In this document: positions 10,354-19,237 of the stretch, one piece after another
Position numbering within the stretch: position 1 is the first letter of the stretch
Layout of the letters: each line of letters starts with the position of its first letter
Assembly: GCA_029264655.1 (NCBI GenBank)
Contig: JARHZY010000163.1
Coordinates: forward strand, 1-40,786
Length of the DNA: 40,786 bases
Direction: 5' to 3'
Source of the DNA: Helicobacter sp.
GTDB taxonomy: Bacteria; Campylobacterota; Campylobacteria; Campylobacterales; Helicobacteraceae
Made by a program: the position numbers and the translations under genes
Notes under the pieces: model-generated
Told to the model about the DNA's origin: nothing
What the model saw: only the letters and a program-made list of their open reading frames with translations
Database searches by the model: none

Positions 10354-10420
10354 TATAATAATTAAAACAATACTATATTATCAAAATGAACTTTTACTAG
10401 CTTTATAATTAATGTATAAT
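10354..10420 (+). promoter_or_regulatory. Candidate RpoD -10 boxes for the permease-yidD-yidC-jag-mnmE operon
   Basis: TATAAT at 10354-10359 and 10415-10420, upstream of the GTG at 10476. Confidence 0.4.
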
Positions 10421-10475
10421 TTAAAGTGTGTAAGTTTATTTGTTTTAGTTAAAAATAATAAATAAGGTATAAAGA

Positions 10476-11141
10476 GTGGCGGAGCTTTTTAGCTTAACAA
10501 CATTATGGCGTGTTGCAGAAGGTGTTGGTGTTTTGTTGTTTGTAGCACTCATAAGCATTGTATTTGCAATTATTGGTGGGCTTTTTATGGGAAGACTTAT
10601 GATTGTGAAACATAAATCTATCCAATATATATGTAAATTTTTTCTTGAAAGTGTGCGTATTGTGCCACTCATTGCGTGGCTTTTCATTATTTATTATGGT
10701 ATACCAAGTGCATTTGATGTGCATATTGGTGCACTTACTTGTGGCATTATTGTTTTTAGTATGTGGGGTATTGCTGAAATGGGAGATCTTGTGCGAGCAA
10801 GTATTCTTAATATACCAAAGCACCAAAGAGAATCTGCACTTGCATTAGGTTTTCATGCATGGCAAATAGAATATTATATTATTATTCCTCAAGCTTTAAA
10901 AGCCCTTGTGCCCTCAAGTATCAATCTTTTTGGACGTATTATTAAAACTACATCGCTTTTACCACTAATTGGTGTTGTTGAGCTTTTAAAAGTAGGGCAG
11001 CAACTCATAGAAGTATTTGGGCGGTATGATACAAATATCAATTTTATTGTATATGGGGCAATACTTCTTATTTATTTTATGCTTTGTTATCCATTTTCAT
11101 ACATTGGCAGTCATCTTGAAAAAAAATTTATTACACAATAA
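10476..11141 (+). CDS. Polar amino acid ABC transporter permease (HisM/GlnP family)
   Basis: ESVRIVPLIAWLF, EMGDLVRA, EAA-loop IPKHQRESALALG, IIPQA, IKTTSL. Confidence 0.93.
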   Translation: MAELFSLTTLWRVAEGVGVLLFVALISIVFAIIGGLFMGRLMIVKHKSIQYICKFFLESVRIVPLIAWLFIIYYGIPSAFDVHIGALTCGIIVFSMWGIAEMGDLVRASILNIPKHQRESALALGFHAWQIEYYIIIPQALKALVPSSINLFGRIIKTTSLLPLIGVVELLKVGQQLIEVFGRYDTNINFIVYGAILLIYFMLCYPFSYIGSHLEKKFITQ

Positions 11142-11142
11142 T

Positions 11143-11550
11143 ATGCAACCAAAAAAACCTATAAAAATACTGAATCTATGGGCTATAAATATAGTAAAAT
11201 TATACCAATATGCACTCTCTCCTGCACTTTATCCAAGTTGTCGCTTTTATCCTTCATGTTCATCATATGCATTGGTATTATTGCGTTTTGATAATGTTAT
11301 AATAGCATGTATAAAAATTATAATAAGAATCTTAAAATGTAATCCATTTTTTCATGGTGGTTTTGCACCCCCTTATATATATTTAAGCCAACAAGCATTT
11401 GATAAAATTATATTGAATGGGTATAAACAATCCCATATTTTAGCAAAGCCATTAATACAAAAACCGCAAAAAATAACATATTTTTTTGTAAAATCGCATT
11501 CTCATTTGCTTAAATTAAAAAAATTTTATATAATTTCGATTCATCTATAA
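11143..11550 (+). CDS. yidD: Membrane protein insertion efficiency factor YidD
   Basis: YQYALSP...CRFYPSCSSYA...RILKCNPF..GG; start moved to ATG 11143 just after the permease stop; directly upstream of yidC. Confidence 0.9.
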   Translation: MQPKKPIKILNLWAINIVKLYQYALSPALYPSCRFYPSCSSYALVLLRFDNVIIACIKIIIRILKCNPFFHGGFAPPYIYLSQQAFDKIILNGYKQSHILAKPLIQKPQKITYFFVKSHSHLLKLKKFYIISIHL

Positions 11551-11565
11551 TATTAAGGGTTTTTA

Positions 11566-13269
11566 GTGGACAAACAAAGTAATTTAAGGTTAATTTTAGC
11601 AGTTGCTATTTCATTTGTTGTTATTGTTGTATGGTCAAAATTTTTTGCCCCAGAGCCACCTGTGCGAGAAACAAAAACGCAGACTACTCAACAAGTGGAT
11701 TCTGTAAATAATGCAGTCCCACAAAGTGCAATAAGTAATGATAATGTAACACAAAGTAATAGCGATATGAAAGGTATTCCGCCATCAATACCGCAACATA
11801 AAGAGCAACTTGTGTATATAGAATCTAAAGATTTTGATATGGATATTGATGTATTTGGGACAATTACTCAAGTATATCTTAAGGCAGATAAATATACCCA
11901 GCCTCACCAAGAAGGCATTTTTACTCATATAGGGCGACTCTTTGGTATGGTGAGCGGTGAAAATAAAAAGCTTGATAGGCTACCATTATTAGCTAATAAT
12001 GTGCCACTTTATCCTTTGCAAATGATTTTTGCTGATACAAATTATGCAAAAAAAGCAAATGAGATAAAATATAGTGCTGATAAAACGCATATTATACTTA
12101 AAGATAAATCAGAAACCTTGACATTAACTCAAGATTTAGGTGATTTAGTTGTGCGTAAAATTATCACTATTGAGCCAAACATGACTTATAAAGTGCAAAT
12201 AGAATTAAGTAAGCCAACACATTATGTTATTAGTAATGGCATGCGTCCTAATGCCGATGCTGAAAGCTATGTGTTTCATGGCGTATTATTACAAAAAAGC
12301 AATGGTTCTATTGAAAAAATAGAAGATGGAGATGCAAAAATAGAAGGGCAAAATTTTGACGATGCTCTATATATTGCTAGTGTTGATAGATATTATACAA
12401 GTCTCTTATTTAATATCGACAAACCACTATCGCTTACTATTGGTGCATTTGGCAAGGGTCTACCAAGACCATTTATTAATGTAAATACTACTACTGAAAC
12501 ACTACATGGCTATATAGGACCAAAAGATTATAAACTTTTAGAATCTATTAACCAACATTTAACAAGCGTCGTTGAATATGGTAGGATTACTTTCTTTGCA
12601 AAATATATTTTTGCATTGCTTGATTTCTTACATAAATATATAGGAAATTGGGGAATTGCCATTATTCTTTTAACAATCATCATACGCATTATTCTTTTTC
12701 CACTAAGCTTTAAAGGCATGGTGGGTATGCAAAAACTCAAGGAGCTTGCTCCGAAAATGAAAGATTTACAAACAAAACATAAAGGTGATCCGCAAAAACT
12801 CCAAGCAGCAATGATGGAGCTTTACAAAAAACATGGTGCAAACCCACTTGGTGGTTGTTTGCCGCTTATTTTACAAATCCCAGTGTTTTTTGCAATCTAT
12901 CGAGTGCTTTATAATGCAGTAGAGCTCAAAAATGCACCATTTATGTTGTGGATACACGATCTAAGTGTTATGGATCCATATTTTGTCTTGCCTTTATTAA
13001 TGGGATTTTCTATGTATTTACAGCAAGCTTTAACACCAACAAATTTCACAGATCCTATGCAAGAAAAAGTATTTAAATGGTTACCTATAATTTTTACATT
13101 TTTTCTTATTACTTTTCCAGCTGGACTTATACTTTATTGGACTATTAATAATGTTATATCAATTATCCAGCAACTTGCTATTAATAAAATGCTAGAAGTA
13201 AAGAAACAGAAAGAAATTGAGGAACATACACATAAAAAACATACGCAAAAGGCAAAAAACGAGCAATAA
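11566..13269 (+). CDS. yidC: Membrane protein insertase YidC
   Basis: GNWGIAIILLTIIIR, NPLGGCLPLILQIPVFFAIY, DLSVMDPYFVLP, PAGLILYW. Confidence 0.98.
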   Translation: MDKQSNLRLILAVAISFVVIVVWSKFFAPEPPVRETKTQTTQQVDSVNNAVPQSAISNDNVTQSNSDMKGIPPSIPQHKEQLVYIESKDFDMDIDVFGTITQVYLKADKYTQPHQEGIFTHIGRLFGMVSGENKKLDRLPLLANNVPLYPLQMIFADTNYAKKANEIKYSADKTHIILKDKSETLTLTQDLGDLVVRKIITIEPNMTYKVQIELSKPTHYVISNGMRPNADAESYVFHGVLLQKSNGSIEKIEDGDAKIEGQNFDDALYIASVDRYYTSLLFNIDKPLSLTIGAFGKGLPRPFINVNTTTETLHGYIGPKDYKLLESINQHLTSVVEYGRITFFAKYIFALLDFLHKYIGNWGIAIILLTIIIRIILFPLSFKGMVGMQKLKELAPKMKDLQTKHKGDPQKLQAAMMELYKKHGANPLGGCLPLILQIPVFFAIYRVLYNAVELKNAPFMLWIHDLSVMDPYFVLPLLMGFSMYLQQALTPTNFTDPMQEKVFKWLPIIFTFFLITFPAGLILYWTINNVISIIQQLAINKMLEVKKQKEIEEHTHKKHTQKAKNEQ

Positions 13270-13303
13270 TATGTTACAATGTTAAGAAAAAAAGGATTTT
13301 TTG

Positions 13304-14434
13304 ATGAAAAAAATTAGTGCAAATACTCTTGAAGCCGCTTTACTGGAAGCTTCTCAATATTTTAACTGCTCATTAACACAAATTGAATATGAGATTTTAC
13401 AAAACCCAAGTAATGGTATCTTTGGATTTTGTAAAAAAGAAGCAATTATTGTTGCAAACAAAAAGCAAGCAACGCAAACAGAAGCAACCAATACCCACAT
13501 TGATACAACACAGCATAAACCTATGGAGCAAGTGCATGAATATACTCAAGCCAAAATAGATACGCCATCTAACACTATACACGATAATTATACACCAGCA
13601 GTTGATCCAAATATAAAAGATACACAACATACTTATAACCATACAGAAGTTGCTAAAAGCACATATGGCGATAACTACAAACAAAATACATTTACAAATA
13701 CTATGCAAGTAGAATCACAAGAACATAGAGAGACTACTGCTCTAAGTCATGTAAAAATAGCCCAACAAGATTCTATGCAAAAAAATGTAAAAACACATGA
13801 TTGGCAATCGTCCTCTATTGATGAGAAAGTGCGGAGTGATTTTGACACTTCTTTTTATGATAAAGATTCAGACATTCCATGGCAAGATTCTCCAAAAACA
13901 ACATTACAGCATACAAAAAGTATTGAATCTACCTGCCAAGAGGTGCAAGCAGAACTTACAGAATTATTGCAATGCTTGCCACTTGAGCTTAATAAAATAC
14001 AAGTAACACCCCATGATGAACATACAATCTTTATTCTTATTGATGGACTTGATGCTGCACTTCTCATTGGACAAAAAGGGTATCGCTATAAATCATTAAG
14101 CTACTTACTTTTCAATTGGATTAATACTTGTTATGGTTATGGCGTACGGCTTGAAATTGCACAATTTCTAAAAAATCAAGAAGAAATGATGCGTGCATAT
14201 CTTGAACCTATTATAGAATCTGCAAAAATACATGGCAAGGCACAAACCAAACCTTTAGATGGTGTATTAACACATATTGCATTAAAAATGTTACGCGATG
14301 CATTGCCAAATAAGTATATTGTTTTTAGAGAAACTGCTGAAGGGGAAAAATATATTACTATCAGTGAATTTTTGAATACTTTCAATAATGTGCGTAACAA
14401 TATTCATGGTTTTGGAAATCTTCCAAAATACTAA
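13304..14434 (+). CDS. jag: Jag/EloR (KhpB) RNA-binding protein
   Basis: Jag N-domain (ANTLEAAL...YEILQNPSNGIFG), KH-like AALLIGQKGYRYKSL; lies between yidC and mnmE. Confidence 0.88.
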   Translation: MKKISANTLEAALLEASQYFNCSLTQIEYEILQNPSNGIFGFCKKEAIIVANKKQATQTEATNTHIDTTQHKPMEQVHEYTQAKIDTPSNTIHDNYTPAVDPNIKDTQHTYNHTEVAKSTYGDNYKQNTFTNTMQVESQEHRETTALSHVKIAQQDSMQKNVKTHDWQSSSIDEKVRSDFDTSFYDKDSDIPWQDSPKTTLQHTKSIESTCQEVQAELTELLQCLPLELNKIQVTPHDEHTIFILIDGLDAALLIGQKGYRYKSLSYLLFNWINTCYGYGVRLEIAQFLKNQEEMMRAYLEPIIESAKIHGKAQTKPLDGVLTHIALKMLRDALPNKYIVFRETAEGEKYITISEFLNTFNNVRNNIHGFGNLPKY

Positions 14435-15810
14435 TGCATACCATCGTAGCTATTGCAACCGCACTTGCAAAAAGTGCAATTAGTATTATTCGTCTTAGTG
14501 GCGATGAAGCTCTAATGATTGCTACTAAATTACTTGTGCCAAACCAATTAGAAAACAATAAAGAAAAAATATATAAGCCTTTGCAGCCTCGCCGAGCAAC
14601 TTTATGCAATATTTACAATACACAAGGTGATATGCTTGATAAAGCTATTATCATTTACTTCAAAGCCCCTGCTAGCTTTACGGGTGAGGATATTGTTGAG
14701 ATTCAAAGTCATGGTGGTATTTTAGTTGCCAATGAGATTCTAAAAACATGTTTGTCTTTTGGAGCAACACTTGCTAAAGCAGGTGAATTTAGTATGCGTG
14801 CATTAAGACATAATAAACTTGATTTAGTAGAATTAGAAGCAACATTGGCTTTAATAAATAATACAAATACAAATCTCACAAAGCTTTTAACACGTAATTT
14901 AGATGGACAACTAAGCCATATGTTAGAAACTATACGTTTAGAGATTTTATCTATCATTGCACAAATAGAAGTTAATATTGATTATAGTGATGAAGATTTA
15001 GACCCAACAATACTCACACAATCACTCACTACATTAACTACAATTAGCCATAAATTTCAAGGAATCCTTGATTCAAGCAGGCATTACCATAAATTACAAG
15101 ATATAAAACTTTGCATTATTGGTAAGCCAAATGTTGGAAAAAGCTCTTTGCTTAATCTGTTACTCATGCAAGATAGAGCAATTGTAAGCGAACAGGCTGG
15201 CACTACACGCGATACAATTACTGCTATGCTTGATATTTGCGGGCATCTTGTATCACTTGCTGATACTGCAGGCATACGCACAAGCACAGATTCTATTGAA
15301 ATGCAAGGTATAGAGCGTAGCTTACAAAGTGCAAAAGAGAGTGATATATTGCTTTGTGTATTTGATATTGCAAAACCTATGGATACAGAAGATTTAAGGA
15401 TTATGGATTTTTTAACACAAGAATGCAATAAGGAAAAATTTATATTGATTGTATTAAACAAAAATGATTTAGCACAACAAAATACCTATGATTTTAGTGC
15501 ATTTCCAACAATACAAATCAATACAAAAGAACAAACAAATGCTACCTTATTGAAAGAAAAAATTGCTACTTTCTTAACGATGGAGATTAATAATGAAACA
15601 TTTGTGCTTACAAATACTATGCAAAGCACTTTATTAGAATCTGCATATAAGAATCTTAGTATAGCAGCAGAGTTGCTAACACAAGGTTCATTAGAACTTG
15701 CGAGTTATGAGTTGCACCAAAGCTTGCAGGCTCTAGGTGAGATGACACATCCCTATAATGTTGAAGATATGCTTGAAGTTATGTTTTCACAATTTTGTGT
15801 TGGTAAATAA
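14434..15810 (+). CDS. mnmE: tRNA U34 modification GTPase MnmE
   Basis: SFTGEDIVEIQSHGG, GKPNVGKSS, GTTRD, DTAG, NKND, C-terminal FCVGK. Confidence 0.98.
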   Translation: MHTIVAIATALAKSAISIIRLSGDEALMIATKLLVPNQLENNKEKIYKPLQPRRATLCNIYNTQGDMLDKAIIIYFKAPASFTGEDIVEIQSHGGILVANEILKTCLSFGATLAKAGEFSMRALRHNKLDLVELEATLALINNTNTNLTKLLTRNLDGQLSHMLETIRLEILSIIAQIEVNIDYSDEDLDPTILTQSLTTLTTISHKFQGILDSSRHYHKLQDIKLCIIGKPNVGKSSLLNLLLMQDRAIVSEQAGTTRDTITAMLDICGHLVSLADTAGIRTSTDSIEMQGIERSLQSAKESDILLCVFDIAKPMDTEDLRIMDFLTQECNKEKFILIVLNKNDLAQQNTYDFSAFPTIQINTKEQTNATLLKEKIATFLTMEINNETFVLTNTMQSTLLESAYKNLSIAAELLTQGSLELASYELHQSLQALGEMTHPYNVEDMLEVMFSQFCVGK

Positions 15811-16139
15811 ATCATAGAATACTAGCAAATTAAAAGTAATCTTATATTTTTCAATATCTTTAACCCAATGATTATGATTTTCTTTTATGGTATTATACTA
15901 ATAACTATTTATGGTGTTTTCAATATTTTTAACTTTTTGAAATAACAAGTTATTGGGAAAATAAAATATAATGTAATAAATAAATTCACCATTTAATCTG
16001 TATGGATTTTATGTGTTTAATGAAGCGGTTTTGACTATAGAGATAATATATTTTGTTTTTTACATATATTATTATAATGTCTAAATTATACTTGTATTTT
16101 TATTGCTCATAAATGTATAGGATAATAATATTTTAAATT

Positions 16140-16290
16140 AAAAACAAAATATTAAAATGTAGTGTAGCATACTCTGTATTTATTGGAATTAGAAGGAACT
16201 CTAGTGTGCTACCTACAATAACGATTGCTTAAAAGCAAAATAATAAGTAGTAATAATTTTAGGTGTTTTTGTTTGTAATCAAATGACTTG
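16140..16290 (+). pseudogene. Possible decayed SMR/DMT-family transporter remnant
   Basis: In-frame KILKCSVAYSVFIGI (16146-16190) resembles SMR TM3; downstream KIIS/VIILGVF resembles TM4; broken by frameshifts and stops. Confidence 0.3.
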
Positions 16291-16865
16291 TTTTTAACTC
16301 TTTTTTTGTGGTAATAGGGTGAGTATTTTAATAATAATTTTGCAAGAATCCCACCTTATCATACATATAAAAACTATTCATAAAACTAGCATCATAGCAA
16401 TGGATTTTGACTTTTTCAACTAAGCAAATTTTGCTTGGATATATACAATCAGATTAATATTGACCTGAATTGCATATTTTATAGCAACTTTTTAGAGTTT
16501 AACTTTCCATAAAATATTATTAAAATACATATTATCTCATTCTTTTCTATGGTATTATATAAAATATGTTTTTAAATTAATGTTTTTATTATTTATGCAT
16601 TAAACAATAATACTACTAAAATTACTTGTTTTATAATATGCAAGAAATCCTATAAGTGATATGAAAAAATAAAAATAAAATTGATGTGTATATTTGCATA
16701 TACAAAATCATTATAATCGCAATAAAATAAGCATATATTTTCTTTTGCTAATGGTATAAGCTATTGATACAAACAAGATTCATATATACTTTGCATTGCT
16801 ATAATACATATATTGAATATGAAAATATGTCAATATAAAAACTCAAAAATTAAGGATATACATAA

Positions 16866-17240
16866 ATGTTTCTTCTTATTTATAAAAATATGCATTATGG
16901 CTTCATGCTTTGCATGGCATTATTTTGTATTGGGTGCTATACTCCACTTATGCATTTACAAAGCATTGGGCTTGCAGAAGATATGCCATCATATAAACTC
17001 CATGCAGATAATATAGATAAAATATCGCAAAATACAATTATTTTTTATAAAGAATGTAGCCACAATGGCAGTGCATGGCTTTATGAATGCCAAAGCATAG
17101 GGTTAGAATCTCTCCAACAAGCTATTTATCTATATTATCCAAATACAATTATAAACAATATTACTATGTTTTTTTATCCTAAAAAAACATATATACGTTT
17201 TGAAATTCATGATTCTAGTCTTTTGCAAGATATACCATAA
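16866..17240 (+). CDS. Hypothetical protein, probable lipoprotein
   Basis: AAGGA RBS, TGCTATAAT extended -10 at about 16797-16805, hydrophobic stretch ending FCIG-C, further Cys pair (EC...EC). Confidence 0.6.
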   Translation: MFLLIYKNMHYGFMLCMALFCIGCYTPLMHLQSIGLAEDMPSYKLHADNIDKISQNTIIFYKECSHNGSAWLYECQSIGLESLQQAIYLYYPNTIINNITMFFYPKKTYIRFEIHDSSLLQDIP

Positions 17241-17260
17241 ACACATATAAGTCATTAAAA

Positions 17261-17525
17261 TATCCTGCCATTACCGATGCAATAGACATATACATAAGCA
17301 CACAGATTCTATTGGAATGCAAGATATAAGTATAGCTTGCAAAGCACAAAAGAGAGTGCTACATTACTCTGTGTATTTGATATTGCAAAATCTATGGATG
17401 CAAAAGATTTAAAGATTATAGATTTTTTAACACAAAAATGCAATAAGAAAATTTATATTAATTGTATGAAATTAAGAATAATTTAGCACAACAAAATACC
17501 CATGATCAATTTCTAACAATATAAA
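17261..17525 (+). repeat. Degenerate direct copy of mnmE internal segment (about 15244-15517)
   Basis: Collinear shared blocks cacagattctattg, aaaagagagtg, tgtgtatttgatattgcaaaa, gattttttaacacaa, tgcaataag, atttagcacaacaaaatacc; many substitutions and indels, frame broken. Confidence 0.92.
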
Positions 17526-17575
17526 AGATTAGACATTGCCTAACATACTTTTATATATTGCAATCCCGCCATTTA

Positions 17576-19237
17576 TCACACAAAATAAAATGCACGGAGT
17601 TTTGCACTCCTTGCGCGTTTATTACGTGCTAGCTCTTTATTATCTGCACTTAATGGTTTTTTATATAAATTCAAGCCTTTTGCATGGTTATTGCCACATG
17701 TGCATTGAAAGCTCCCTACATCACATAGACAACTCCTTGTCCATTGCCTAAAAGTTTCTTTAATGATTCTATCTTCAAGCGAATGGAAAGAAATAATGCA
17801 AAGTAAAACATGGTGCAAATCCCTGCATGCTTCAAGCAAACCGCGTAATTGCCCTAACTCATCATTGACAGCAATGCGTAAAGCTTGGTAAATCAGTGTA
17901 GCGGGATGTATTTTAGTTTTTGTATGCATTTGCAGGGCAATATTTTGCAAATTTTCACCTGTAATTGCCCCTAGCTTACGCTCTTGTATAATTAAATTTA
18001 CCAATTTCTTATATTCTCGTATTTCACCATAATCTTTAAAAATTTGTTCAAGCATATATTTACTATATGTATTGAGAATTGTATCTGCACGCAATGTCTG
18101 TGTTGTATCCATACGCATATCAAGCTCTTTTGCATGGAAGCTAAAACCGCGTTCAAGTGTATCAAACTGATATGAACTTACACCAATATCAGCCAATATA
18201 CCACAAAGTTGTGCGTTACTTTGCTGTATTTCTTTAATAATAGATGGCAACAATGTGCTAAAATCACCATGTCTTATTTGCAAGCGGCTTCCAAACTCTT
18301 GCATATTTTTCTTATTATATTGCAGTGCCTCCATATCTCTATCAATACCAATAATATGTAAATTGTGGTATTTTGACAATAAAGCACGACTCATACCCCC
18401 AAATCCAAGCGTGCAATCTATAAGCACTTTTGTGGTATCTTTATCGTATGAATGTGGTATATAATTTATATGTGTAGGTAAAAATATTCTATCAAAAGTA
18501 TCAAGAACATGCTCTAGTAAAACGGGAATATGTGGTGTTGCAGCTATTTTGTTGTTTTTGTGATTAGTATGTGGTATTTTTGTTATAGTTTCAGAATCTT
18601 GTATAGCCAATATTTCTTGTTCTTGTGTATCTAGCATAATATGTTGCATAGAATCTTTTATGGCAATAGATTCTATGCATATGTCTTGCACATAGCAAGA
18701 ATTAGCTTGCCAAGCCTTATCTTGAATTGCTTTGTTTGTGCTATATGTATCCTGCATTAATAGATTTTCTTTTGCTTGCAATGCTTGTTGCTGTGCCATA
18801 TAACGTTCTAAAATAATACATGCACTTATACTATCAAGTTTGCCATCTTTGCGTGCATTTTTTCTGTTTTTATAATGCCTATCTTTAAGCCAATGGTTTG
18901 CTTCTACACTACTATATGATTCATCAATATAGATAATTTTACCGCAAAAACCTATTAAACTAAGAAAATGGGTGATACGTTTTTGCATAACTATATCTAT
19001 TGGAGATATTGCTTTAGAATCCTGTGCTATATCATTGCAAGACTTATCTTGCAAGGGCATACCAACAACAAGAGTAATATAATGCATATCTTTACAATAT
19101 TGCATAAGTGTATTATATAATTCTTTACTTGCTTGATGTCGATTTTTACGTATTATGGGTGGCAATGGCACAATGATATTTTGCACAACTCTTGCTATAC
19201 CGATACGTTTCAAACCAAAGTCAATACCAAAAATCAC
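17576..19237 (-). CDS. ruvX-rsmH: Fusion of YqgF/RuvX pre-16S rRNA nuclease and 16S rRNA m4C1402 methyltransferase RsmH
   Basis: N-part GIDFGLKRIGIA, VVGMP, IDESYSS, DSISACIILERY; C-part HIPVLL, DCTLGFGG, GIDRD, ADIGVSSYQ, RGFSF, LDMRMD, QALRIAVNDEL, ISFHSLEDR, RARSAKLR. GTG 19237 has a GAGG RBS and overlaps the mtaB TGA. Confidence 0.93.
   Translation of the reverse strand: MIFGIDFGLKRIGIARVVQNIIVPLPPIIRKNRHQASKELYNTLMQYCKDMHYITLVVGMPLQDKSCNDIAQDSKAISPIDIVMQKRITHFLSLIGFCGKIIYIDESYSSVEANHWLKDRHYKNRKNARKDGKLDSISACIILERYMAQQQALQAKENLLMQDTYSTNKAIQDKAWQANSCYVQDICIESIAIKDSMQHIMLDTQEQEILAIQDSETITKIPHTNHKNNKIAATPHIPVLLEHVLDTFDRIFLPTHINYIPHSYDKDTTKVLIDCTLGFGGMSRALLSKYHNLHIIGIDRDMEALQYNKKNMQEFGSRLQIRHGDFSTLLPSIIKEIQQSNAQLCGILADIGVSSYQFDTLERGFSFHAKELDMRMDTTQTLRADTILNTYSKYMLEQIFKDYGEIREYKKLVNLIIQERKLGAITGENLQNIALQMHTKTKIHPATLIYQALRIAVNDELGQLRGLLEACRDLHHVLLCIISFHSLEDRIIKETFRQWTRSCLCDVGSFQCTCGNNHAKGLNLYKKPLSADNKELARNKRARSAKLRAFYFV

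Noticed and set aside
10323-10397. Three imperfect ATGAA(A)(G/C)TTTTA repeats in the atpB/permease divergent spacer
   Set aside because: Short, AT-rich and irregularly spaced; indistinguishable from chance without comparative data.
11017-11142. 42-aa N-terminal extension of YidD in the ORF track
   Set aside because: It overlaps the permease; ATG 11143 right after the permease stop is the more plausible start.
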